A stretch of DNA of 64,000 nt. It comes from an uncultured archaeon (GTDB lineage Archaea; Asgardarchaeota; Lokiarchaeia; Sigyniarchaeales; SOKP01). The stretch covers positions 1 through 64,000 of the forward strand of contig CAZDTP010000005.1 of NCBI GenBank assembly GCA_964508365.1, in the 5' to 3' direction. Shown in pieces: positions 8,721 to 18,116 of the stretch. The notes beneath the pieces were generated by a model. It made no database searches. It was not told the DNA's origin and saw only the letters and a program-made list of their open reading frames with translations. Every line of letters begins with the position of its first letter. Positions within the stretch are counted from its first letter, which is position 1. The translations under genes and the position numbers were made by a program.

Positions 8721-9563
8721 TTAAGTAACATCAACATGAGATTCGATACGGGAAATTAATTCATCAACACGGTTGTAATCATCTATCCTTATGGAGATTG
8801 CTTCATTTGGGCACTCTCTTTCACATCGTCCGCATCCTTTACATTCATTTTGATCAATAAACGCTTTTCCATCAACCATTTTCATCGCATCAAATATACA
8901 TACTTTAAAACATTTCCCGCAACCAACGCAAATATCACTATTAACTTCCACTTCAACGCCTTCCATCCTTGTTATAATTTTTTTAAGGTCTGAAGAACCA
9001 TATTTCATAGCACTTAATATGCAGCAACAGGAACAGCAATGACAAAGCGACATGAATTGACCCTCATCAGGTAAGGTTCCATATCTTATTGAGTCTCCTT
9101 TTAATCTACCCAAATGTGGGACCAACCCATTTTCATAAGCTAAGCGTTCCCGTTCTAATGCTTCTTCTACGGTTGCCACATGAGCGTTATGTGTCTTCCA
9201 TTTTTCAAGATCTATTCTCTTTGTAGCCTCACCTAACCATGTACAACCTTGATGAATGTCATGATTCTGACAATCATTAGCTAAGCGGCATCCACAATCC
9301 ATTAACACTATATGACTTGCTTTTTTAATAAAATACTCTGTAACAATCAAAGGTAATACTTTATCCTCATAAGTACCCAAAGATATATTTATTGGAATAG
9401 CAGAACCATTTGAATTTTTTATATCCATCCATCGATTGAGAATGAATTTAAAACCAGGAATTTTAGATAGTCTTATTAATTTTTTATATCGATTTGCGCG
9501 AGGGGTGTCTATTTCAATTGGTTTTAAATCTATCTCTTGAGTTTTTTTCATACTTGATTTCAA
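8721..9563 (-). CDS. Cys-rich 4Fe-4S ferredoxin-domain protein
   Basis: C-terminal CVGCGKCFKVC and CKGCGRCERECP; extra CGCR..DC..C and CHCCSCCC motifs. Confidence 0.85.
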   Translation of the reverse strand: MKSSMKKTQEIDLKPIEIDTPRANRYKKLIRLSKIPGFKFILNRWMDIKNSNGSAIPINISLGTYEDKVLPLIVTEYFIKKASHIVLMDCGCRLANDCQNHDIHQGCTWLGEATKRIDLEKWKTHNAHVATVEEALERERLAYENGLVPHLGRLKGDSIRYGTLPDEGQFMSLCHCCSCCCILSAMKYGSSDLKKIITRMEGVEVEVNSDICVGCGKCFKVCIFDAMKMVDGKAFIDQNECKGCGRCERECPNEAISIRIDDYNRVDELISRIESHVDVT

Positions 9564-9699
9564 TACAATTTTTTTTAGTATTGTTATATTTATTTTAGAT
9601 GTATTTATAGTTTTAATGAGATTTTGTTAGCACCAAAAAATTTGTCATAATTACTACTATTATATAAGTGATAAAGAATAAATTCAGAATTAAGAGGTA

Positions 9700-10275
9700 T
9701 TGAAAATGGAAAAAAATAGAGCTTTGATTGTGTATGGAACACGGTATGGAGCAACGAAGACTACTGTTGAGGAAATAGCGAAAATTCTTCAAGAAGAGAA
9801 TTTTAAGGTCAAAATCGTCAATGCAAAAGAAGAAAAGGTTCGAAGTATTGAAGAATTTGATCTCATCATTATTGGGAGCGGAATGAAAATTGAGAGATGG
9901 GTGAGTAAAGCTGAAGGATTTTTAAAGAAATTTAGTGCCGAACTTAAAAATAAAAAGGTAGCTATATTTGTTTCGTCAGGTGGGCGAGCACTCATGGAAC
10001 ATAAAGGTGAATTCACAGAAATTGAAAGAATAACAAAAAAATATCTTGAAGACAAAGCATCTAAGTATAACTTGCATCCTATTTCGATGACCATGTTTGG
10101 AGGTGTTTGGGATTATAACCAAATATCTAAAATCTTCAAAAAATTCTTGGATGCTGAGAAAGAAAACATGGTTGCTGCGGGGATTAAAGAGACAGAACCT
10201 GGAGTATATGATACAAGAAACTGGGATGAAATTCGAAACTGGGCAAGAGATTTAGCCAGAAAAGCACACAATTAG
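9700..10275 (+). CDS. Flavodoxin-domain protein (HemG/Flavodoxin_5-like)
   Basis: IVYGTRYGATK FMN loop, IIIGSG, DTRNWDEIRNWA; likely start is ATG 9706. Confidence 0.85.
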   Translation: MKMEKNRALIVYGTRYGATKTTVEEIAKILQEENFKVKIVNAKEEKVRSIEEFDLIIIGSGMKIERWVSKAEGFLKKFSAELKNKKVAIFVSSGGRALMEHKGEFTEIERITKKYLEDKASKYNLHPISMTMFGGVWDYNQISKIFKKFLDAEKENMVAAGIKETEPGVYDTRNWDEIRNWARDLARKAHN

Positions 10276-10613
10276 GTAATTAAGATTCAATTGAGTCAAA
10301 TATAACTGTCTAGTAACCCAAAAAATAATTTCTTGAATTTTTTTTCAATTATTTTAGACCAAAATGTCCATGTTATATAGTCTATTATTGGTCAATAAAA
10401 GTAAATTAATCTAAACAAGCTAAATAAAAAAATTCAATTTTTTAAAATATCATCTTTTATTTTTCTCCAATTTCGTTGAATATAATCCTATTATTAGCAT
10501 TCTTTACTGATAAGTTAAAATTCCCGAAATTTGAGTAATATTTTTTAACATTCCACTATTCTACTCCCCAAATTTAACTCTAATTCTTAAAATAACCAGA
10601 TTTCAAATGGATT

Positions 10614-11774
10614 ATGGGTTTATCAAAACGAGAACGAGTTTTTAAAGCTCTTGAGCTTAATGGCGAACCGGATGTTGTTCCAATAAATTATTTCGGATTT
10701 GAACAAACAGGGAGTTCCTTCCAAGCTTATAAAAAATCAGGAGAAATGGATAAATTTCGTCTTCATGTAGAAGATAAAATCTCTAAGATTAAGTATTATA
10801 TCACAGAGCAACGCTTTTGGAACGTTGATATCTTCGGTATGGATCCATTTGGAGAAACTAAAATAAAGAGAAGATATGAAGACGCACCACCAGAATATCC
10901 TAACTGCCGTTTAAATAAAATGGATGGTAGATTGTACAGAACTGAAAAACAGGTAAACACTGGTTTAGAATATGCATGGTATGTAGGAGGCTATTTTAAA
11001 ACCCCAGAAATCGTACACTCTTATTGGGATCGATATGGAAAGCCAACGGAGTTGATTAACAAAAGAGTAAAATATTCTTCTCAAACATGGGAACGATTTG
11101 TTGAAGCACTTGCGCCTTACTTCTACCCAATGGCCAATTTACCCATTAATCCTTCTGAAGTATTAATAGGGGGCATCACTTTTTCACGTTTTGCTTATTA
11201 TATCCGGAAAAATCCTAGTTTTATTCATGAAATGATGGATGAATATACGAAAGTAAACATCGAAATAATTAAACGATTAGCTGAAGTAGGAGTTGATATT
11301 GTATTTTTTGGTGATGATCTCGGATACAAAGAAAATGGTTTTTTCTCATTGGATGTGTTCCGTAAATTTATCCTTCCATATCATAAGCAAATATATCAGG
11401 CATGTAAAAAACGGGGAGTCCTAGTTGTTCTACATTCTTGTGGAAAAGCAGATCAATATCTACCTGATTTAGTTGATGCGGGGCTCAATTGTATACAATC
11501 ATTAGAAGCAACAGCTGGTGTTGATTTACCATGGTTAAAGGAATCATTAGGGGATCGTTTATGTTTCATGGGAGGATTAGATTCTTCAGGTATCTTAACT
11601 TATGGCAATCCTAAGGATGTCGAAGATAATGTAAGAAATACTATAAAAAGTGCGGGAAAAGGTGGAGGTTATATTGTAGGCCCTAGTCACGATATAATAA
11701 ATATGCCTTGGGAGAATATTTTGGCAATGAGGGCAGCAATTGAAAAATATCGAAAATATCCACTTAAAGCATGA
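10614..11774 (+). CDS. URO-D / MtaA-CmuA methyltransferase family protein (paralogue 1)
   Basis: FGDDLGY, LHSCG, LGDRLCFMGGLD, GGGYIVGPSH; TIM-barrel family signature. Confidence 0.88.
   Translation: MGLSKRERVFKALELNGEPDVVPINYFGFEQTGSSFQAYKKSGEMDKFRLHVEDKISKIKYYITEQRFWNVDIFGMDPFGETKIKRRYEDAPPEYPNCRLNKMDGRLYRTEKQVNTGLEYAWYVGGYFKTPEIVHSYWDRYGKPTELINKRVKYSSQTWERFVEALAPYFYPMANLPINPSEVLIGGITFSRFAYYIRKNPSFIHEMMDEYTKVNIEIIKRLAEVGVDIVFFGDDLGYKENGFFSLDVFRKFILPYHKQIYQACKKRGVLVVLHSCGKADQYLPDLVDAGLNCIQSLEATAGVDLPWLKESLGDRLCFMGGLDSSGILTYGNPKDVEDNVRNTIKSAGKGGGYIVGPSHDIINMPWENILAMRAAIEKYRKYPLKA
11736..11761 (+). repeat. Direct repeat copy A (3' end of URO-D paralogue 1); partner at 13892-13917
   Basis: GCAATTGAAAAATATCGAAAATATCC vs GCAATTGAAAAATATCGTAAATATCC, 25/26 identical. 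Confidence 0.85.
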
Positions 11775-11936
11775 TCTTATTCAAAATTTTCGAATTCTTG
11801 AAATTATTCTAAAAGAATTTATATATCTTTTACATCTTACTCCAAAAATAAATTTCAATCTTATTCTTTTATCAATTTTGTATTTAGTTATATTTTTACT
11901 CTTTATTTGAATGGTAAGAATTATTCTTCTTTTTCT

Positions 11937-11956
11937 ACAAACAAACGTTTGTTGGT
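11937..11956. promoter_or_regulatory. Palindrome, candidate TetR operator
   Basis: ACAAACAAACGTTTGTTGGT: perfect 14-bp core AACAAACGTTTGTT, 20 bp with one mismatched pair, about 120 bp upstream of the TetR gene. Confidence 0.5.
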
Positions 11957-12073
11957 AAGATTTAAATATCAAAATTTATTTTAGTACATTAAATATAAAA
12001 TTATTTTCTTTCATCAATCATAGAAATTATAGCATAAAGAACATGAAAAATTCAACCAAGGATAAAAAAACTA

Positions 12074-12706
12074 ATGAAAAAAAAGAAGAAAGGAACTAAG
12101 GAACGGATTAGGGATGTGGCTATCGATCTATTCTCACAAAAAGGATACAATGCCGTCTCCATACGAGATATAGCCCGTTTAGTAAATATACACGAGAGTT
12201 CTATCTATAGTCACTTCAAAGGTAAAGAGGATATTATGGATCACATTATCGAATTCCTCATTGATGAGTTTAGATATGATCCAAATCAAATATCGTTGGA
12301 TGATTTACTTGACAAATATGATCCCGAAATGCTCATGAATAATGCAATTAGCCCAATAATAGAACAATTGAAGGTTCCACACATCCGAAAGATAATAAGA
12401 CTCATGTGTATTGAGCTCTACCAGAATGTAAAATTCTTAGATTTTTTTAAAAACCAATTTATGAAACCTTCTTATATTTTCTGGAGTCAAATTTTCCAGA
12501 AAATGATGAATAAAGGATACATTATGGAATATGATGCCAAAATACTAGCCGATGAATTCTTCAACTATTGTATTTACCTGTTCTTTGAATGCTTTATTCT
12601 TGATTACAACGAGACTTCCTATGAATTGTTAATCGACAATCTGATAATTAAACTATCTAGACATATTAAGTACATTTTCGATATGGTTAGAATAAAGGAG
12701 TCTTGA
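12074..12706 (+). CDS. TetR/AcrR family transcriptional regulator
   Basis: KERIRDVAIDLFSQKGYNAVSIRDIARLVNIHESSIYSHFKGKEDI HTH. Confidence 0.95.
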   Translation: MKKKKKGTKERIRDVAIDLFSQKGYNAVSIRDIARLVNIHESSIYSHFKGKEDIMDHIIEFLIDEFRYDPNQISLDDLLDKYDPEMLMNNAISPIIEQLKVPHIRKIIRLMCIELYQNVKFLDFFKNQFMKPSYIFWSQIFQKMMNKGYIMEYDAKILADEFFNYCIYLFFECFILDYNETSYELLIDNLIIKLSRHIKYIFDMVRIKES

Positions 12707-12724
12707 AATTAAGGAGGTGATAAT

Positions 12725-13624
12725 ATGAGTACAGAAATTTATTATTTTACAGGAACGGGAAATTCTTTGGTTGTTGCAAGAGATATCGCAAGAAAAACGA
12801 ATGGAATATTGATATCAATACCTTCCATGATGGAAAAAGAAAGTATAACAACCGATGTGGATATGATCGGGATTGTATTCCCTGTCTATTATGCAACGAA
12901 TGGTTGTAGCGGTATTCCGCTAATTGTTGAAAAATTCCTTAATAAATTAAAAAATATTGGTTCAAAGTACATTTTTGCGGTTTGCACACACAGTGGTATG
13001 CCTGGTGTGACTATTGAAAATCTAAGTAAGATTATTAAGTCACGTGGTGGTAAACTAGCGGCTGGTTTTACTGTGAAGTTAAATAATCCACCATCTGTCT
13101 TTGAGAAATTAAAGAAGTCCATATTTCATAAGAAATTAAAAGATACGGCAATTTTTGGAGCTCAAGAAAGACAGCAAAGAGTCTTTGATCTTTGGAAAAA
13201 GAAGCTTCAAATCATTTATGATTACATCAGCACTAAAAAAGAAGGTATGTTTGAAACCCGTAATAAATTAACTAAATTATTTTTTACACCACTTCTTTTT
13301 TTACTGATAAAGCCCGTGTTCTCATCCAGATATAAAAAACTTTCAAATTCGTTTAATTTACCTTTTAAAGAAATGATACCCCTAGCGGACAGGAGCTATC
13401 AATACGATGAAAAGTGCAATGGTTGCGGTATTTGTGCCAAAATTTGTCCTGTAAATAATATTAAAATGATTAATAACAGACCCGTATGGCAGCACTATTG
13501 CGAAAATTGTTTCGCATGTTATGTGTGGTGCCCGAACGAGGCAATATATGGTGATATCGTTTCTTATGCTGAGCGGTATCACCATCCTGATGTAAAAGTT
13601 TCTGATATGATAAAGAATAAATAA
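12725..13624 (+). CDS. EFR1-type flavodoxin-ferredoxin fusion protein
   Basis: YYFTGTGNSL flavodoxin loop, FPVY, C-terminal CNGCGICAKICP and CENCFACYVWCP; strong AGGAGGTGA ribosome-binding site. Confidence 0.9.
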   Translation: MSTEIYYFTGTGNSLVVARDIARKTNGILISIPSMMEKESITTDVDMIGIVFPVYYATNGCSGIPLIVEKFLNKLKNIGSKYIFAVCTHSGMPGVTIENLSKIIKSRGGKLAAGFTVKLNNPPSVFEKLKKSIFHKKLKDTAIFGAQERQQRVFDLWKKKLQIIYDYISTKKEGMFETRNKLTKLFFTPLLFLLIKPVFSSRYKKLSNSFNLPFKEMIPLADRSYQYDEKCNGCGICAKICPVNNIKMINNRPVWQHYCENCFACYVWCPNEAIYGDIVSYAERYHHPDVKVSDMIKNK

Positions 13625-13647
13625 TTATACTATATGGAGGTGATAAA

Positions 13648-13839
13648 ATGGTGAGAAAAGAAAAAAAATGGGCTATAGTTACTGGAGTTCTTCTCCTAAT
13701 TTCACTTGTTTCTGGCGGTGCGGCAGCCATCATAGCCGGAGGAGTGCTTTACGATATAATCTATGCAATCCATAAGATATCATCGGTTCTAACTGCTATT
13801 TTCTTTATAGTGTCAATTCGTCTTAGCGGTAAGAATTAG
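13648..13839 (+). CDS. Small membrane protein (63 aa)
   Basis: GGAGGTGA ribosome-binding site, two hydrophobic helices with H-K (IHKISS), co-oriented in the operon. Confidence 0.7.
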   Translation: MVRKEKKWAIVTGVLLLISLVSGGAAAIIAGGVLYDIIYAIHKISSVLTAIFFIVSIRLSGKN

Positions 13840-13841
13840 TA

Positions 13842-13864
13842 TTTTTCTTTTTTTTTTTATTTTT
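13842..13864 (+). terminator. T-rich archaeal-type terminator after the TetR operon
   Basis: Long T tract immediately after the stop at 13839. Confidence 0.5.
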
Positions 13865-13891
13865 AAGAGTTATATTTCTAAGAAATATACT

Positions 13892-13930
13892 GCAATTGAA
13901 AAATATCGTAAATATCCTCAAAATTTTTAA
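13892..13930 (+). pseudogene. Displaced 3' tip of URO-D paralogue 1 (direct repeat copy B)
   Basis: Encodes AIEKYRKYPQNF*; the first 26 nt are 25/26 identical to 11736-11761. Confidence 0.8.
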
Positions 13931-13944
13931 AATTCAGGTTTAAA

Positions 13945-15225
13945 TCAATCATACCAATTATCTATGAACGAGTTTCCTATCTCTTTAAGTAAATCCTTTC
14001 GATATCTGTTTTCTATATCTAAATTTTGAAGAATTAGAAATTCGTCAAATAATTCCTTGGTAATTCTATTCTTTCCGCGTTCTATTAACCAGTTTTTTGC
14101 GTCCTGTATTAATTCTCCCTCCTGCCCACCCAAAAATTTCGGTAAATATTGGTTGGCAATATATTCTGATCTATAAAAAGTACGAACAAATAATCCTCTG
14201 GGATCTAGACTTTTATAAAGGTGCGAAACGTTATCAGGAGCAGAATCTATAACTAAATTTTTACCTGCCTTTTGAATTTTAGTATATAATGGAATCCACT
14301 TTTTTGAGCCCATTCGTGCATTTCCCACCCCTGGAACCCATTGAATACCTGTTATGCTTGGTTTATCCAGTAAGAAATCTAAATGAGGAAGCGCATTAGG
14401 ACCATCTAAATGGTATATTGCGTAATCCATATGCTCTGCTTGTTCAATGATATCGGGTAAAGCGAATCTATTGAACCATTTAGGATTCAACATAGCACTG
14501 AAATCGCATTGAATAGCATTCCATCTCTGTTTACCCCACACGCCTAACCAGCAGCTACATCCATGGCAGTACTTATCGACTAAATTCTGTAAAGCATCAT
14601 ATACTTTTAGTAATTTTTCTAATATTATACTACGGCATGTATCTATTATCTCAGGATTTCGTTTCATGGTAAGTATTATATTAGTTGGTCCTAAAAACGA
14701 TGATAGTATGTCCAAAACGCCTCCAATGTCTGTAATTGATACCACATAATTCTTCCCAGCTCTTTTTGCGGCATACTCAGTAATTCTGAGCAATCTTGAA
14801 TACCACTCGTTATTTCGATTTATTTTAACGCTTTCAAGATATTCTACTATATCTTCTGGTTTTGTTGGACGACTAAACCATACTGTACCGGTGCTAAATT
14901 GGGGTTTTATACCAAAGACAGCAGATACAATCCCGGGGCCATAGTTAGGAAAATAGAAAGGAATATTTTCTCCTCCAAAATAAGTATTTTTAGCTCTTTT
15001 TTCGAATTCATTAAGAGGTTCCTCAATTTCATCATGATTTTGTGCTAAAGACCAGTCTTCACCAACAACATCTAAAAAGGCTCCTAATGTTCCCCTTTTT
15101 TTTGGATAATAATAGCTAAAAACAGGGCGATCGGCTATTTCGTGATCCCACCACGCATTCATTCGCTCTTTAGCTTCTATAATATCCTCCTTATATTCCA
15201 TAAAAAAAATATTTACGCAAAACAA
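13945..15225 (-). CDS. URO-D-like / 'trimethylamine corrinoid protein 2'-like family protein (paralogue 2)
   Basis: FPNYGPG, TDIGGVLD, QCDFSAMLNP, YHLDGP, IQWVPG; ~55-aa C-terminal extension; likely start is ATG 15201. Confidence 0.8.
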   Translation of the reverse strand: MFCVNIFFMEYKEDIIEAKERMNAWWDHEIADRPVFSYYYPKKRGTLGAFLDVVGEDWSLAQNHDEIEEPLNEFEKRAKNTYFGGENIPFYFPNYGPGIVSAVFGIKPQFSTGTVWFSRPTKPEDIVEYLESVKINRNNEWYSRLLRITEYAAKRAGKNYVVSITDIGGVLDILSSFLGPTNIILTMKRNPEIIDTCRSIILEKLLKVYDALQNLVDKYCHGCSCWLGVWGKQRWNAIQCDFSAMLNPKWFNRFALPDIIEQAEHMDYAIYHLDGPNALPHLDFLLDKPSITGIQWVPGVGNARMGSKKWIPLYTKIQKAGKNLVIDSAPDNVSHLYKSLDPRGLFVRTFYRSEYIANQYLPKFLGGQEGELIQDAKNWLIERGKNRITKELFDEFLILQNLDIENRYRKDLLKEIGNSFIDNWYD

Positions 15226-15360
15226 ATTAATCTTTACATTTTCTATTTTTTGTAATTAACCATGATTAACTAATTTCAAGTTGGAGTTTTAACCTTGTTA
15301 AATTGATCCGAAATTTTTAAGATATTACTGGTATTATATAAGATAATTCGAGGAATTATA

Positions 15361-18111
15361 ATGACAAGCGATTTAGCTAAAATTTACGATCACCGCACAA
15401 TTGAAAAGGAATTATATGAGTGGTGGGAAAGAGAAGGTTTCTTTGCGCCTGAAAAGTCAAGAGAGTTGGGAATTACAGATGAAAAATCTGAACGATTTTG
15501 TATCACAATTCCCCTACCTAATGTAACAGGCCAACTCCATTCAGGTCATGCTCTTGTGATTTCCCTTGAGGATTTAATGACGCGTTATGAACGCATGCGA
15601 CAGAAAGAAACTCTTTATATCCCAGGTACTGATCACGCCGGAATTGCAACTCAAAGTGTTGTGGTTAGAGAACTATTAAAACAAGGTATAAATCATAAGG
15701 AGTTAGGGCGCGAAAAATTCGTGGAAAAAGTTTGGGAATGGAAGCATAAATACCACGCACGAATTACAGCGCAATCGAAAAGTATGGGTATCAGCTGCGA
15801 TTGGAGCCGTGAATATTTCACGCTAGATCCAAGCTTATCACGGGCAGTTCGTGAAGCTTTCTACAGATTATATCATAAAGGATTTATATATCGAGGAGAA
15901 TATATGGTTAATTGGTGCCCAGGAAGGTGCGTTACCGCAATATCGGACTTAGAGACGGAGGCTATTGATGAACAAGGTCACTTATGGTATATCAAGTATC
16001 CAATTATTAATAAAGCCTGGAAAGGTCCCCAATTTCCTTGGGCGAGTGGTAAATGGGCAGAGGGTGCTACAGATTTTATTATTTTAGCTACCACTAGACC
16101 TGAAACGCTATTAGGTGACACCGCTGTGGCTACAATTAAATCTCATTCTAATTATGCTAAGTATATTGGCAAGCAAGCAGTTGTTCCTGCTGTCGGTCGT
16201 TCTGTTCCAATAATTGCTGATCAATATGTGGATCCCGAATTTGGTACTGGAGCTTTAAAAATAACGCCTGCTCACGATCCTAATGATTTTGAGATAGGTA
16301 AAAAACACAATTTAGAATTCATAAATATCTTTAACGAGAATGCTCAGATTCTCCCTGGTTTTGTTGAAGCTTATACAGATCTAGATCGATTAGAGTGTCG
16401 GAAAATAATCCTACAAGATCTTGAAAAAGAAGGATTAATAACTAATATCGAACCTTATGTTCATGCTGAACCACACTGTCAACGTTGTCATGCCACTATA
16501 GAACCTCGAGTTTCTATTCAGTGGTTTGTGAAAACGAAACCACTTGCTGGACCTGCAATGGAGAAAGTTCGGAATGGCGAGACAATTATAATCCCTGAAA
16601 GAGAGGAACATCGCTTTTTCCAATGGATGGAAAATATACATGATTGGTGCATATCTCGTCAGCTTTGGTGGGGTCACAGGATTCCAGTTTGGTACTGTGA
16701 TGAATGTGGTGAAGAAATTTGTCCCGAACCTGATGTGGAAACGGTTACAACCTGTCCTAGATGTAATAGTTCAAATGTTCATCAAGATGAGGACGTGTTA
16801 GATACTTGGTTCTCAAGTGGTTTATGGCCTTTTTCAACTTTGGGGTGGCCTAATACCGATCATCCTGATTATAAACGCTTCTATCCAACCGATACTAGAG
16901 AAACGGGTTATGATATTCTCTTTTTCTGGGTTGCAAGAGAACTTATGATGGGGATCGAGCTAACAGGAAAAACGCCATACCATCTTGTTTATTTGCATGG
17001 TATGATTCGAGACGAAAAAGGACGAAAAATAAGTAAATCTATGGAAAATATAGATCAATATGATCCTCTAGTAATTATAAAGGATTTTGGAGCAGACTCC
17101 CTCCGCTATGTAATGATATCAAATAGTGTTCCGGGATTAGATACTAATTTAGATCCCAAAAATATTGATGTTGCTCACAAATATTGTAATAAAATTTGGC
17201 AAGCGTCTCGCTATGTTTTAAATAACATTACTTCAGATGAGATAATTCCGAAAATCGATGAAATCGAGTTGGATAAGCTAAAATTCCCCGATAAATGGAT
17301 TCTTTCTCGATTAAACTCATTGGTTAGAGATGTACAATCCTACATGGATAATTATGATTACTTACGGATGACAAGAGAAATAAAATCGTTTTTTTGGAGT
17401 GAATTTTGTGATTGGTACATTGAGATGAGCAAAATTTTTCTGTATGATGAGAGTTATTCAGATACACACGTTCAAAAAGCGATACTCCTCCATGTATTAG
17501 AGACTTTCTTTAAATTGCTACATCCTGTTATGCCGTTCATCACTGAAAAATTATGGCAAAATCTTCCAGCCAACCTTAAAACTACTCCCACAATAATGTA
17601 CGCTCCTTGGCCAATAGCGCAAGAATCATTCATCGATCAAACCATAGAAGATAGTTTTCTTCTTATGGCTGATTTTGTTAGGGAGGTAAGACGGGTAAAA
17701 CATGATTTTGGAATTCCTTTAAAAACCCTTGTCCCATTACAAATAGAAACTGAAACTCATCGAGAGTTATTTGAATTGTGTAAGAACGAGTTAGTTAAAA
17801 TGGCATTTATAGACGAAGATAAATTCGTATTAGATAAAAATATCGTTCCACCTCCTCAATCCGCCAGAATCGTGCTTAGCGGAATTCCTGCATTTGTTCC
17901 GTTGTCTGGAATGATCGATATCGAAAAGGAAAAAGCAAGAATCAGTACTTCATTGGAAAAAACAAAAACAGAAGCTCGTAAAATCGAAATCAAACTTCAG
18001 AGTCAATTTTCTGAGCGAGCACCAAAAGAATTAGTAGACAAGGAACTACAAAATCTTGAAGAATTAAGAATTAAAATTGAACAACTTGAAGATCAATTAA
18101 GGATACTGTAA
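15361..18111 (+). CDS. valS: Valine--tRNA ligase, bacterial type
   Basis: PNVTGQLHSGH (HIGH), PGTDHAGIATQ, ATTRPET, WCISRQLWWGHRIP, DVLDTWFSSGLWP, KISKS (KMSKS), C-terminal coiled coil. Confidence 0.97.
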   Translation: MTSDLAKIYDHRTIEKELYEWWEREGFFAPEKSRELGITDEKSERFCITIPLPNVTGQLHSGHALVISLEDLMTRYERMRQKETLYIPGTDHAGIATQSVVVRELLKQGINHKELGREKFVEKVWEWKHKYHARITAQSKSMGISCDWSREYFTLDPSLSRAVREAFYRLYHKGFIYRGEYMVNWCPGRCVTAISDLETEAIDEQGHLWYIKYPIINKAWKGPQFPWASGKWAEGATDFIILATTRPETLLGDTAVATIKSHSNYAKYIGKQAVVPAVGRSVPIIADQYVDPEFGTGALKITPAHDPNDFEIGKKHNLEFINIFNENAQILPGFVEAYTDLDRLECRKIILQDLEKEGLITNIEPYVHAEPHCQRCHATIEPRVSIQWFVKTKPLAGPAMEKVRNGETIIIPEREEHRFFQWMENIHDWCISRQLWWGHRIPVWYCDECGEEICPEPDVETVTTCPRCNSSNVHQDEDVLDTWFSSGLWPFSTLGWPNTDHPDYKRFYPTDTRETGYDILFFWVARELMMGIELTGKTPYHLVYLHGMIRDEKGRKISKSMENIDQYDPLVIIKDFGADSLRYVMISNSVPGLDTNLDPKNIDVAHKYCNKIWQASRYVLNNITSDEIIPKIDEIELDKLKFPDKWILSRLNSLVRDVQSYMDNYDYLRMTREIKSFFWSEFCDWYIEMSKIFLYDESYSDTHVQKAILLHVLETFFKLLHPVMPFITEKLWQNLPANLKTTPTIMYAPWPIAQESFIDQTIEDSFLLMADFVREVRRVKHDFGIPLKTLVPLQIETETHRELFELCKNELVKMAFIDEDKFVLDKNIVPPPQSARIVLSGIPAFVPLSGMIDIEKEKARISTSLEKTKTEARKIEIKLQSQFSERAPKELVDKELQNLEELRIKIEQLEDQLRIL

Positions 18112-18116
18112 ATTCT

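Noticed and set aside
11781-11972. 63-aa basic ORF on the minus strand
   Set aside because: Low-complexity AT-rich spacer translation with no ribosome-binding site; it overlaps the operator-like palindrome region.
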